Positions 28,089-38,181 of a DNA stretch of 64,000 nt are shown piece by piece. Both the position numbers and the translations under genes were made by a program. The stretch spans positions 896,001-960,000 of the forward strand of contig OZ253580.1 of assembly GCA_965263035.1 (NCBI GenBank). Reading direction: 5' to 3'. The notes beneath the pieces are model-generated. The model was not told the DNA's origin and searched no databases. It worked only from the letters and a program-made list of their open reading frames with translations. Position 1 is the stretch's first letter; each line of letters starts with the position of its first letter. Origin of the DNA: Acidobacteriota bacterium (GTDB lineage: Bacteria > Acidobacteriota > UBA6911 > RPQK01 > JAJDTT01).

Positions 28089-29495
28089 TTAAGTGGGAGG
28101 CCTTTCCATCCTTGCTCCAACCAGAAGCGCAAGTACCGTCGCGGCCGTCCCGGGGATACAGGGATGCCACTGCCAGACATAGGCGATCCCTCTGATCTCG
28201 CCGGCGCTGTGCTGGCCCACCCAGGTGAACAGAATGGTGACACCTGCGCCGATGACCATGGCGGACAGCACTGTGACGGGCATTCGCCGCAACGGCCTGT
28301 GGAACATCAGGCCGACCAGGACAGGAGCAAGCGCCGAACCCAGAACTCGCTGGCCCACCAGGAAGACTTCGATCGTCATGGGCAGGGCATAGGCGAACAG
28401 GCCCCCCAGGAGTGCGCTTCCGGCCACCGCGATGCGCGCCGCGGTGACCATTTCGCCCTGGGTTGCGGCCGGCTTGATATGCCGTTGGTACAGGTCGATT
28501 GTCAGGTAGGAGGCCACCGACATCAGGGCGCTGTCCAACGTGGACATGGCACCGGCGATGGCGCCGGAGAGCACGAAGCTCACCAGCAAGTCGGGCAGTC
28601 CCTCAGACATGAGACGGAGGAAAACGTGGTTGGGCTCCGTTCCAACTCCAAAGGAGGCCCTTCCCAAGAGGCCCAAAGCGTGAGGGAGGATGTAAAAGAA
28701 GGTACACAGTATGCCGCCGTACAGAAAGCCGAGCTGTGCCTCCCGGGTGCTCCTGGCCGACAAACCACGGACGAACAGGGCGTGGTAGACCATCGCGATC
28801 ACGATTCCCTCTACGACCCAGCCTGCCATCGTACTGAATTCCAGCGTCCCGGTGACTGAGACCATCTCCGGGGGAAGCCGCCCCACGAATCCGGTCCAGC
28901 CACCCAGCCTTGTCACTCCGATGACGAAGATCGAAATGCCCGTTGCGGTCAGCATCAGGGCCTGGATGGAGTCGGTCCAGAGGACCGCCCACTGCCCCCC
29001 CAGTAAGACGTAGATGATCGTGACCCCCAGGACCATCATCAGCGCCGGAACAAAACCAATACCCAGAAAAAAAGTAACCAGGATCACACTGGCAAGAATG
29101 GTTCCGGCAATCGCACCCATATCCCCAATGAACACGAGTATCAACGTCACCAGCTTGTGTCTTGCGCCGAAGAGCCTGTCGATCAGCTGTGGCACGGTCA
29201 AAACACCGGTGCGCCGGACCTTGGGGATGATATAGAGGCCCAGCCAAGCGGTGGCTCCCATATAGGAAAAATGGATCCAATAGAATGAGATACCGAGGTC
29301 GTAGGCGCCGCCCGCGCCGCTGACGAAGGTGCCGACACCGACCCACGTGGCCAGAATGGAGAGGCTGATCATCCACCGGTTCGCCCTCCGGCCCGCTACC
29401 AGGAAATCCTCCACGTCCCGGATCCTTCTGGACAGGACGGCCCCGAGAACCATGAGGCCTCCGATGTAGAGAAGTACGAGTGACCAGAGAAGCAT
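28089..29495 (-). CDS. Sodium:solute symporter
   Basis: DFLVAGR, SILATW, LGGQWAVLWTDSIQ, AGAMSTLDS. Confidence 0.92.
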   Translation of the reverse strand: MLLWSLVLLYIGGLMVLGAVLSRRIRDVEDFLVAGRRANRWMISLSILATWVGVGTFVSGAGGAYDLGISFYWIHFSYMGATAWLGLYIIPKVRRTGVLTVPQLIDRLFGARHKLVTLILVFIGDMGAIAGTILASVILVTFFLGIGFVPALMMVLGVTIIYVLLGGQWAVLWTDSIQALMLTATGISIFVIGVTRLGGWTGFVGRLPPEMVSVTGTLEFSTMAGWVVEGIVIAMVYHALFVRGLSARSTREAQLGFLYGGILCTFFYILPHALGLLGRASFGVGTEPNHVFLRLMSEGLPDLLVSFVLSGAIAGAMSTLDSALMSVASYLTIDLYQRHIKPAATQGEMVTAARIAVAGSALLGGLFAYALPMTIEVFLVGQRVLGSALAPVLVGLMFHRPLRRMPVTVLSAMVIGAGVTILFTWVGQHSAGEIRGIAYVWQWHPCIPGTAATVLALLVGARMERPPT

Positions 29496-29522
29496 CTACG
29501 TCACCACCCGTGTGATCTTCGG

Positions 29523-29690
29523 TCACCCACCGAGGGCCTTCGAACATAGGAAGAGCCACGCTACACCCAGCAACTGCAGGATCAGGAATGTGAGGATGGG
29601 GCTCAAGCGTGGGACCCGAGCCTCGTCGGCGGCTTTCATCAGTTCCTCGGGTTCCGAGCCGGTTTCGAAGTCACTATCAGGTGAAATCAT
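29523..29690 (-). CDS. 55-aa membrane peptide upstream of the symporter
   Basis: Not in the ORF track. GAGG RBS, then MISPDSDFETGSEPEELMKAADEARVPRLSPILTFLILQLLGVAWLFLCSKALGG*. Confidence 0.65.
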   Translation of the reverse strand: MISPDSDFETGSEPEELMKAADEARVPRLSPILTFLILQLLGVAWLFLCSKALGG

Positions 29691-29809
29691 AGTTTCCTCT
29701 CGACCGATTCCGCAGCGGCTCTACCCATTTCGCCGGATTGTACATCGGAACTCCCGGCAAAGGCCGGAGGTCACGAAGGTGGGAAACCTGGAACGGGGCG
29801 TGATTCTAG

Positions 29810-29970
29810 CAGTCCGTGGTGAAAGTCCCGCGAGCACCGAAACCGGTCCTGCGCCCGCCGGACAAGGCGCAACGGAGGGAGCATGCCGGGAGTATGTGAG
29901 CCGAGTCGCAACGCAGTCCGCGCACGATGCAGGGACGGTCGAATGCCGTGACGACTTTTGCCACGGACTG
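29810..29970 (-). mobile_element. MITE copy 3 (161 bp)
   Basis: Flanks CTAG/CCAG; lies 6 bp past the GWxTD gene stop. Confidence 0.9.
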
Positions 29971-29976
29971 CCAGAG

Positions 29977-31623
29977 TTAACCTGGACTGGCCTGAGGGCT
30001 CTTCACGACGACAAAGGAATCTTCCGCAGTGACCGTCTCGTCGCTGATGCGGTCCTGAACCAGAACCTGGACACGGTACCTGCCGGCCTTCAGATGTCTC
30101 AGAGGCAGCCCTTTGATCAGCACCACTCGCCGAGGGGAATAAAACTGGATCGATTGTCCATTCTGATCCAAAGTTTCCGTAAAGATCTCGCCGTTCTGGG
30201 ACGAGATCTTGTAACTGATCTCGAGTGAGGGCGTCTGGTCCGTCTGATCCAGCGCCGCATTGTAGATCTGCAGGTAAACTCCCAGGCGACCGTCGCTGGA
30301 GAATACCTTCTTCAGGCTGGGATGAATCCAGACATCTCCCAGTACGAACATCTGGTCGTCCTTGGGGATTTCGCCGAGCGGCCGGATAAACTGGGACAGA
30401 ATCAACGAACTGCCGACGAGCTTCTCTTTTGGAAAGGACGGCGAAACGATGGCCTGGCGGACGGCGCCAACCTTCGTGCCCTGGAGATCCTTGACCACCA
30501 GATCGATCTTGTAACGGATCTTGGGGTCCAGAATAAGGTGCTTCTGATACAGGGAATGCGTCTGAAGGGCCTCCTGAAAGACTTCCGGCGGGTAGGAAAT
30601 GATCAAGTCATTTTCAAACTCTGCGACAACCTGGTTGGCGATACTGGTGACCAGGCCATAGACTGCCACCTCTGCAACGTAGCCGCTCTCATTCTGCTTG
30701 AAAGTCAGGTTCTTGTTCTCCACCTGAATTGTGATCGGCACCAGAACCTGTTGCGGGTTCAGTCTGAAGTAGTCCTGACGAGTCGCTAAGGGAAGCGTCT
30801 CGTAAGAGATACCGACTTCGACCAACTCCTGTAGATCCTTGTACTTGATCTGCAGGGGCCGCTGCACCCTCGCGTAGGTCTCATAACGAACGAAAGGGTT
30901 GTCCTTGGCACGCTGGTTCATGAAGGGATAGCGCTGCGAATTCCCTGGACTGAAGTAGGGGCGATCCTTTTTGGTGGCCAAGCGCATCTGTTCGGCGACC
31001 GTCTTTCCGGATCCGGGGACGCGTAGAAAAGCATCCTTTTCGTCCGGGACCATGGTTAGCCGGTATTCGCCCGTTAGGCTCTTGTCGACGAACTCCAACT
31101 CGACGTCGTTTCCAATCCCTTCAATATGGCGATAGCGCCAGATTTCAAATGGAAAGGTGCTGGTGGTGCCTCCCCCTTCATAAAAGGGGCGTTGGTACAC
31201 TCCCCCTGACGGATAACGTTCAATCTCAGCGGGTGGGCCGTGGATGATGTAGATACGGCCCCGGTCTACCTTCCATCCCGATAGGCCACTTGAGAAATTG
31301 TCGTTTGCATAGGCGATTCGACGATAATGTTCTTCTTTGAATTCATTCTCGGCCGTGGTCCGGTCCGCATCGCGCCGCAGCCAGAACTGCTCAATAAATT
31401 GTTCTTTTTCCTCCGGGGTCGTCAGTTTGTCAAAAACAGTCCTCTCTTCTTCCAGAATGATGTGAATGACATCCTCGTTGAGCCACCGCTCGAAATGGTC
31501 CTGCCGCTCTTCACGCGCTTGCCTCTCCTGCTCTTTCTTACCCTGAACAGGTACGAGACCACCAGAAAAACCAGGAGTCAGCAGGGAGCAGGCCACCAAC
31601 GCCGTCAGACAGATAACTCTCAT
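29977..31623 (-). CDS. GWxTD domain-containing protein
   Basis: WLNEDV..II, FIEQFWLRRD, EEHYRRIAYAN, GWKVDRGRIYI.HGPP, FEIWRYR. Confidence 0.92.
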   Translation of the reverse strand: MRVICLTALVACSLLTPGFSGGLVPVQGKKEQERQAREERQDHFERWLNEDVIHIILEEERTVFDKLTTPEEKEQFIEQFWLRRDADRTTAENEFKEEHYRRIAYANDNFSSGLSGWKVDRGRIYIIHGPPAEIERYPSGGVYQRPFYEGGGTTSTFPFEIWRYRHIEGIGNDVELEFVDKSLTGEYRLTMVPDEKDAFLRVPGSGKTVAEQMRLATKKDRPYFSPGNSQRYPFMNQRAKDNPFVRYETYARVQRPLQIKYKDLQELVEVGISYETLPLATRQDYFRLNPQQVLVPITIQVENKNLTFKQNESGYVAEVAVYGLVTSIANQVVAEFENDLIISYPPEVFQEALQTHSLYQKHLILDPKIRYKIDLVVKDLQGTKVGAVRQAIVSPSFPKEKLVGSSLILSQFIRPLGEIPKDDQMFVLGDVWIHPSLKKVFSSDGRLGVYLQIYNAALDQTDQTPSLEISYKISSQNGEIFTETLDQNGQSIQFYSPRRVVLIKGLPLRHLKAGRYRVQVLVQDRISDETVTAEDSFVVVKSPQASPG

Positions 31624-32081
31624 GGGGAAACCGACTTAAAGCCTAATTGCCATCGATTTTATCCACTATTCACCAGGTTGTCAATGGCCCGATCCGGCCC
31701 GATCCCGGTGGGGTCTCGGACCGCAGGGCTGGTTCCTTGTCAGCCCGCGGCCAAGCATTGCCCGCCTTGCGATTCAGTTGGCCCCAGCTCCAGGATGACC
31801 GGCAAGCCAGACCGCTCGGTAAGCCGAACCCATCCCGCAGCCACTGCCCCGTTACCCCAGATTGAACATTTTCGACGGCCAGACCTGTAGCCGTTCAGGT
31901 GGCCGCCGGCACTCGTGACCCAAGTGGCAAAGTGTCGCCTCTGCGACACCGCTCGAGCTGACTCTCTTCGCACCGTGGTTTCTCTGATTTTTTCCTTTTC
32001 ATCTTGGCGGCAGGAGGAGTAGTATCCTACTAACGGTACGGTCTTGGCCTCCTGAAGCACATTCACGAAGGAGGGTCTTCG

Positions 32082-33296
32082 ATGCTCAAACGCTCCTTTA
32101 TTGCCGTTTGTCTGGTCTCTTTCCTGGTGGCGTCTGCAACGGCCCAACAACAGGGAGATCCGGGAAAAAAGAAACCGCCCGAGTTTCACAGGGAGGAACA
32201 GCCTGTTCATCAGGGCCGCCGCCAAAGGCCGGTCTTTATTCAGGGAAAAGTTGTGACGGACGATGGAATGGCGCCGACCGAGCAAGTTCTCGTCGACCTG
32301 GTTTGCAACGGTTCGGTGTACCGGCAAAGCTACACCTCGGCCGGGGGCTCTTTCAGTTTCGAAGTAGGAACTTCAAGGCAGGTTGTTCCAACAGCCTCGA
32401 TGGACGCCAGTGTTTCGACGCCTCCGTCCAATCTCTTCGGCTCCAATGCCAGAAAGATCAGCGCCAAGGAACAGAACTTCGGCGGTGGTCATCCGTTGAG
32501 CTTTGATTCGCTGAACTTGGCGACCTGCGAGTTGCAAGCCAATTTGCCGGGATTCCGATCCGAAGTCGTTTCCCTGGGAGTCCGCAAGTCGTTGGACAAT
32601 CCGGACGTGGGGCTGATCGTTCTGTATCGTCTCGGGAGCGGTCACGGGACAGTCGTCAGCAGGAGCACTCTGCAAGCGCCGAAAAAGGCCAGACGAGCAT
32701 TTGACAAGGCGGTGAAAGAGCTCACGAAAAAAAAGACCGACTATTCGAAGGCGGCACGGAATCTGGAACGAGCCGTGCAACTGTATCCCCAGTTTGCAGA
32801 GGCCTGGAATCTTCTGGGTGAAGTCCGATTGGCACTTCGGGATTGGTCCGGAGCCCGTGAGGCATTCCGGCGTTCAGTGGCCGAGGAGCCGAACTACATT
32901 ACTCCCTATCTCATCCTTGCCAAGATTCAGGTGAGAAGACAGGAGTGGGAGGATGTGGCCCAGCTCACGAGTCGAGTCATCGAACTCAGCCCCGATATGA
33001 CACAAGCTTATTACTTTAACGCCGTGGCGGGTGTTTCATTGGGACAGTTCGATTTGGCAGAAGAGAGAATCCGTCATGTAAAGGAGAGTAGTGAGGCCGC
33101 AAACTACCCCGTCGCTCATTACCTTTTGGGAATGATCATGGTCAAGAAAGGGGATGTTGCCGCGGCCGCCAGTGAGTTCCGTCAGTTCTTGAAGGTGAAT
33201 CGCAATCCGCAAATGGTGGAACCCGTAAGAAAGCAGCTGCAGGAATGGGAGGCACTGGGTCTGATCGGGAACACTACGAGTGGAGAACTCAACTGA
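32082..33296 (+). CDS. Secreted TPR protein with N-terminal beta-sandwich
   Basis: Signal peptide, IQGKVVTDDG, L.AP.KAR.AF, AVQLYPQFAEAW followed by TPR units. Confidence 0.85.
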   Translation: MLKRSFIAVCLVSFLVASATAQQQGDPGKKKPPEFHREEQPVHQGRRQRPVFIQGKVVTDDGMAPTEQVLVDLVCNGSVYRQSYTSAGGSFSFEVGTSRQVVPTASMDASVSTPPSNLFGSNARKISAKEQNFGGGHPLSFDSLNLATCELQANLPGFRSEVVSLGVRKSLDNPDVGLIVLYRLGSGHGTVVSRSTLQAPKKARRAFDKAVKELTKKKTDYSKAARNLERAVQLYPQFAEAWNLLGEVRLALRDWSGAREAFRRSVAEEPNYITPYLILAKIQVRRQEWEDVAQLTSRVIELSPDMTQAYYFNAVAGVSLGQFDLAEERIRHVKESSEAANYPVAHYLLGMIMVKKGDVAAAASEFRQFLKVNRNPQMVEPVRKQLQEWEALGLIGNTTSGELN

Positions 33297-33305
33297 GTCT
33301 ATTGA

Positions 33306-33465
33306 CAGTCCGTGGTGAAAGTCCCGCGAGCACCGAGACCGTTCCTGTGCCCGCCGGACCAGGCGCAACGGAGGGAGCATACCGGGAGTATGTGAGCCGA
33401 TAGCAACGCAGTCCGCGCACGATGCTGGGACGGTCGAATGCCGTGACGACTTTTGCCGCGGGCTG
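33306..33465 (-). mobile_element. MITE copy 4 (160 bp)
   Basis: Flanked by TTGA on both sides; lies 9 bp past the TPR gene stop. Confidence 0.92.
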
Positions 33466-33552
33466 TTGAGGTGGTCCCAATTTTTGATCGGCTGTTTCGG
33501 TGTATTCCAAGGTCAGAGCAGGGCACTGGGACGGCCGGGATACGGCGTCGAT

Positions 33553-34641
33553 TTACGGTCCGTCGATTCCGAACAGCTTCATCGCATTTCCCCCCAGGAT
33601 CTTTCCCATGTCGCCCGGGGCGATGAAGTCGCAGTGGCAGCGCAGATAGTCTAAAGACTGGCGGTAAGTGCAAACGCGCTCGACTGCCGGCATATCCGAT
33701 CCCCACATGATCTTGTCGGCGCCGATTTCAGCATAGAGTTGCTTGATGATTTCCTGCGCCTGGGGATACGGATACTCCCAGCGCCCGCCGTTCATGATCG
33801 GGAACAGAAGCTCCAAATGGATATTGGGAAGGCGGCAGATCTCCAGCGCGAGGCTGCTGAGCCTGTCGTTCTCGAAGTGGTTCATCTCGAAACAGTGAGT
33901 GACGACGAAGTTGATGTCCGGCCATTCTTCGACAAATGCTCTGAATATCTGCAACTCATTGGCAAAATCAGGCGGACTGAGTTCGATTCGACACCGCAGG
34001 TGCCATAGGACCGGAATCTCCAGCCTGGCGACTTGTTGCCAAAACGTCCTGAATTCGGGTTGGTCGTAATACGTCTTGTAATCGACCATGAAGAAAGACT
34101 CGGTGCCGTCGAAATACAGCGCCCGCATACCGAGGCTTTCCACGCATCGGCTCAATTCCGCTATCTGGCTGTCTTCATAGGCCCGCCATTCATCGATCTC
34201 GGCTGCACCCACGAAGCGGCCGGGAAATCGATTGATCGCGTCCGCCACCAGGTCATTGAGGCGACCGTAGATGTGGGCCCGCGAAATGACGCCGACGTCG
34301 ACACCGAGTCCGTCCATCTGAGCGATCATCAGCTCGGCCGGCGCCTCGAATGCCTGTAAGGCGGCGGGCATCCATTGCACGAAGTAGTCCTCGCCCTCAT
34401 AGGTCCAGACCAGACGGCCATGCTCTCCCGGCCGGAAGTTCACATCCGACATGTTGGTCAGGCCGGATCCCAGACCGTCATGCAAGGTTCGTCTGTTCAC
34501 CAGATATTGGTCGGAAAGACGGCGAATTCCCTGCATATGCCAGAGCATATGCCGCTGTTGGAATCGCATCCGCTCCTTGACCGTTCCATGTTCATCACGA
34601 CCAGGATGCGGCCACACATGAGCGTGAGTGTCGATAATCAT
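33553..34641 (-). CDS. Amidohydrolase_2-family metallohydrolase
   Basis: MIIDTHAH, PVLWH, MWGSDMP, ILGGNA. Start placed at ATG 34641. Confidence 0.88.
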   Translation of the reverse strand: MIIDTHAHVWPHPGRDEHGTVKERMRFQQRHMLWHMQGIRRLSDQYLVNRRTLHDGLGSGLTNMSDVNFRPGEHGRLVWTYEGEDYFVQWMPAALQAFEAPAELMIAQMDGLGVDVGVISRAHIYGRLNDLVADAINRFPGRFVGAAEIDEWRAYEDSQIAELSRCVESLGMRALYFDGTESFFMVDYKTYYDQPEFRTFWQQVARLEIPVLWHLRCRIELSPPDFANELQIFRAFVEEWPDINFVVTHCFEMNHFENDRLSSLALEICRLPNIHLELLFPIMNGGRWEYPYPQAQEIIKQLYAEIGADKIMWGSDMPAVERVCTYRQSLDYLRCHCDFIAPGDMGKILGGNAMKLFGIDGP

Positions 34642-34661
34642 CGTGTTGACCGAATGCGTCG

Positions 34662-35993
34662 CTACCGAGGCATCCCCTGAAGATAGGTGCTCACGCCCTG
34701 GGTAAAATCGTCCTCGACCTGCTCGGTGAAGGGAGAGACGCGTCCCGGTTCGTAGCCTCCTTCCGCGAATGCCTGCCGAGTGGGCAGATACCCCAGAAAA
34801 CCATTCGTGTAGCCGGCAAAGAAGGTGTTGGGAAAGGGAGAATGGTTGCGCACGTTGATGGCGACCTCGCAGAAGAGCTCGACCGGCGCCGTCCACAGGA
34901 CAAGATCCTGGTTGATCTTCAGGAAGCGTACCGGTATGCGAACCAGGCTCGCTCCGCTTTCCGTCACTCGAAGGTAATGTGCCAGTTCCTCGACCCAGCT
35001 AAAGTCCGCCTTGCGGGGAGTCTCGATGACCGTTTCTCCAGTCCACAAAATGACCTTTGAAGTGCCGCTCTTCAGTGAGCGGTTGGCCTGCAGGATTCGA
35101 TCCCCCAACAACACGTTGAACTGGGTAATGTGACCTTTTTTGAAATCCGGATAGGTGCTGTAGAGAGGTGAGATATTCCCGGCCGCACCGTTGACGTACA
35201 GCATCGGCGCACCCAGTTTTTCCTCCACGTACTCCGCCACAATCCCCTGAGCATCTCCACTGATCAAAAGATTTTCGGGCCCGAGAACGGTCCCGTGCAT
35301 GGCATAGTTGGCGATCAGACCCAGCGGCGACCCGTCCAACCGGTCCAGCCGTATCAGCCCGATCTGACGGTCCACCGCTCCCTCCGGGTTCATTCCATAG
35401 GAGGCCCGTCCGTCAACGTCGATGGCGCGCCGGTTTATATTGGCCATCGAATGACCGGTCGTCACTGCCAGACGCGCCGGTTCCAGTTTCGATCGAGCCT
35501 CCCGAATGCCCTCGATCAATCTGGTTTTCACCCACTCGGAATACTCCGGGTTGGACTTATGAAGGAACCTCTCAGGCTGCATGCTTCGGATGAGGCCCGG
35601 CGAGCCCACCTCGGGAGCCGAGTGGGTGTGAGTCAGAGTCCACCACACCTGCTCGGACTGGATACCGGTCTCCTTCTCCAGTTCTCTGGAAAACTCCTCG
35701 TAGAAGGCAGGAGATATGGCGGCCAGATCCGAGGAGACGAGAAAGAACTGCATCTTTCCATCATCCATTGCGGCGATTCGATGATAGATGCGGTCGTGTA
35801 CGCCCTCAGACTGTCTTGGGCCATAACCCAATAGCCACAGAGATTCTTCCGGAGTGATATCCACTTTCACACAGGAGGCCCGAAAATCCCCGGAGGCCGC
35901 TCCATGGAGCGTTCCTGCGACAGCCACGACCAGGAAAAGAACGAAGGTTTTAAAGCCATGAAAAAGTTTCACTATCGGATCCTGTCCCGGCAT
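34662..35993 (-). CDS. Neutral/alkaline ceramidase-like protein
   Basis: KVDITP, GVHD, THTHSAP, NRR, NYAMHGT, NGAAGNI, GYLPT..A..EGGYE. Confidence 0.85.
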   Translation of the reverse strand: MPGQDPIVKLFHGFKTFVLFLVVAVAGTLHGAASGDFRASCVKVDITPEESLWLLGYGPRQSEGVHDRIYHRIAAMDDGKMQFFLVSSDLAAISPAFYEEFSRELEKETGIQSEQVWWTLTHTHSAPEVGSPGLIRSMQPERFLHKSNPEYSEWVKTRLIEGIREARSKLEPARLAVTTGHSMANINRRAIDVDGRASYGMNPEGAVDRQIGLIRLDRLDGSPLGLIANYAMHGTVLGPENLLISGDAQGIVAEYVEEKLGAPMLYVNGAAGNISPLYSTYPDFKKGHITQFNVLLGDRILQANRSLKSGTSKVILWTGETVIETPRKADFSWVEELAHYLRVTESGASLVRIPVRFLKINQDLVLWTAPVELFCEVAINVRNHSPFPNTFFAGYTNGFLGYLPTRQAFAEGGYEPGRVSPFTEQVEDDFTQGVSTYLQGMPR

Positions 35994-36340
35994 TTTACAC
36001 CCCCGTGTCAGAGATCTCTTGAACGAGTTTATATCACGATGAGAACGGAACTGCAGCGTAACCATCCTCGAATGAACGGCAGGACGAGGCGCGAGGGCAA
36101 TGCTCTACCGGCCTCATAGTTGGGAGCTATACTTGGGCGCATTGCTCAAGACGAAACCCGCAAACCGGAACTGGGAAAGCGGGAGAGTGGGAGGAGCGTC
36201 GGGCCGTAACCGGCGGTCTTGTAGGTTCAAGCGCGCAGAGGCGCCGCCAGAGACCCTTTCCAGGTTTGAATTCTGACCTCATACTGACTTCGAAATCGTA
36301 GTGCCCTCGCCGCAGTCGGCGAGTTCGAGACGGATGGCTC

Positions 36341-37978
36341 ATGGCGGGAATCGACTGGTTCATAGTGATCGCTCTCAATCTCCTGATCTTCGGCTACGCG
36401 TCCATCCGTTCGCTCAAGACGCACTCCGATGTGGACTGGTTCCTGGGCGGTCGCAGCCTGCCCTTCTGGCTGATTGGCCTCTCGATGTTCGCTACCTCGG
36501 TTGATGGTGGCGAGTACGTCGCCATCAATGGTGCGACCTACCAGGATGGCTTGGTGATGTTCACCGGCGTTGTGTTCGGAGTCGGCGTCGGGGGCATGAT
36601 CGCCGCCTTTGTCGTCGTGCCGAGCATGTACCGGGCGGGGCTGTTCACCAACGCGGAATACCTCGAACACCGCTTCGGCATCTCGGCGAGGATCATCAGT
36701 GTTCTGGTTCAAGTCCAGTACCGGACGGCCACCCTGGCAACGATTGCGGTGGCCTTGCATCTCATGCTGACCGAAGTGGTTCCTCTCCCTTCCCACAGCG
36801 CTTGGATTCTGATTGTCGGGTTGATCGCGGCAACGACTTTCTACGCTGCCTGGGGCGGATTGAAAACGATTGCCGCCGCAGATGTTCTGCTCGGCGCACT
36901 CATGCTTTTCTCGACCCTGGTGCTCTGGTCCGTCATTTGGCAGGAAGCAGGAGGTTGGGCCGGCACCCAGGCCGCACTGGTCGGGCAGCTCGGTGAGCGA
37001 GAAGCACAGACGTTACTGCACATTGGGAGTGGGCGTGATGCGAGCAGTCATCCAGTTGTGGTCGTGATCGGATGGTGCCTGATCGCGACCGGTTATTTTG
37101 TCGTGAATCACACTCAGACCATGAAGATGTTCGGCGCCCGATCCATGTGGGATCTGAAGATGTCCGTCGTAGCGGGCACCGGGCTGATCATACTTTCGGG
37201 TTACTTCAGCAGCTCACTGGGACTGCTTGGGCGTGCACTGGTTCCCGACCTGGCCAACCCGGACCTGATCTATCCACGGCTGGTCGATCAATACCTCGTC
37301 TCCGGACTGAAAGGTATCGTCATCGCCGGAATGATCGCATCCGCCATCAGTACCTTCGAAGGCATTGGAGTCGCCCTGTCTGCAGTTTTCACCCGTGACA
37401 TCTACGCTCGTCTGCTGGTGCCGGACAGAAACGATTCTCACTATGTGATTGTGAGCCGGATTGCCACCGTTGTCATCGTGGGTATCACGTTTCTCTACAT
37501 CCCATTTATCCTGCGTGCTCAGAACATCGTGGAGTTCTTCGTCGGTATCACCAGCGTCTTTGTGACGCCTTTGATGACCGTATATCTGGTGGGCTCGATG
37601 ACAAAAGTGGACAGACGCACCGGCCTTGCCGGTCTGATCGCCGGACCCGCATTCCGACTGTCGGTAGTCGCTCTGGAAGCGGACCTTCCGTTGTGGTTGA
37701 CGGACCGATTCGCGGCTTACCTTTGGACTACCGGAGTAACTGCCGCCTCGATGTTTTGCGTATCGATGATCCTGGGCGTCATTTCTCCGTCGGCTACTCA
37801 GCAAACCATCCGAATGACAACTCAGCCCTCTGGTTGGCTGGCACGCTCCCAAGGAACGGTCAAGCAGGTTGTCCTGTCGCCGTTTCCGAACGGCGTTCCC
37901 TGGTGGGCATCCCCTGCCCTGTGGGCGGTCGCAGTTCTGAGCACGTCGGGCTATTTGGTATTCGTGGTCCTCTGGTAG
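36341..37978 (+). CDS. Sodium:solute symporter (sugar/polyol-like branch)
   Basis: WFLGGRSLP, SMFAT, EYLEHRFG, WGGLK, ASAIST. Confidence 0.88.
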   Translation: MAGIDWFIVIALNLLIFGYASIRSLKTHSDVDWFLGGRSLPFWLIGLSMFATSVDGGEYVAINGATYQDGLVMFTGVVFGVGVGGMIAAFVVVPSMYRAGLFTNAEYLEHRFGISARIISVLVQVQYRTATLATIAVALHLMLTEVVPLPSHSAWILIVGLIAATTFYAAWGGLKTIAAADVLLGALMLFSTLVLWSVIWQEAGGWAGTQAALVGQLGEREAQTLLHIGSGRDASSHPVVVVIGWCLIATGYFVVNHTQTMKMFGARSMWDLKMSVVAGTGLIILSGYFSSSLGLLGRALVPDLANPDLIYPRLVDQYLVSGLKGIVIAGMIASAISTFEGIGVALSAVFTRDIYARLLVPDRNDSHYVIVSRIATVVIVGITFLYIPFILRAQNIVEFFVGITSVFVTPLMTVYLVGSMTKVDRRTGLAGLIAGPAFRLSVVALEADLPLWLTDRFAAYLWTTGVTAASMFCVSMILGVISPSATQQTIRMTTQPSGWLARSQGTVKQVVLSPFPNGVPWWASPALWAVAVLSTSGYLVFVVLW

Positions 37979-38133
37979 CGATCGGCGGTCGCGACCGGAG
38001 ACTTCTCCCCTCTTCAAATTAAGATTACTGAAGATCCCGCAGATAATTGCGGAAGGACCACCTTGATCCGGATTCGGCCAAAGACCCCTCAGGGTACAAT
38101 TTCGCCGCGAGGAACAATCTTCCCTCAACAAGT

Positions 38134-38157
38134 AAGGGGGCGGAAAACCGCCCCCTT
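38134..38157. terminator. Hairpin between convergent genes, likely intrinsic terminator
   Basis: AAGGGGGCGG-AAAA-CCGCCCCCTT followed by CTTGTTT. Confidence 0.7.
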
Positions 38158-38181
38158 CTTGTTTCCAATATTCTCCCGGGA

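Noticed and set aside
36178-36249. tRNA-fMet-like words (CGTCGGGC..TAACC..GTAGGTTCAA..CCA)
   Set aside because: The T stem and acceptor stem do not pair, so no cloverleaf forms; chance or too decayed to call.
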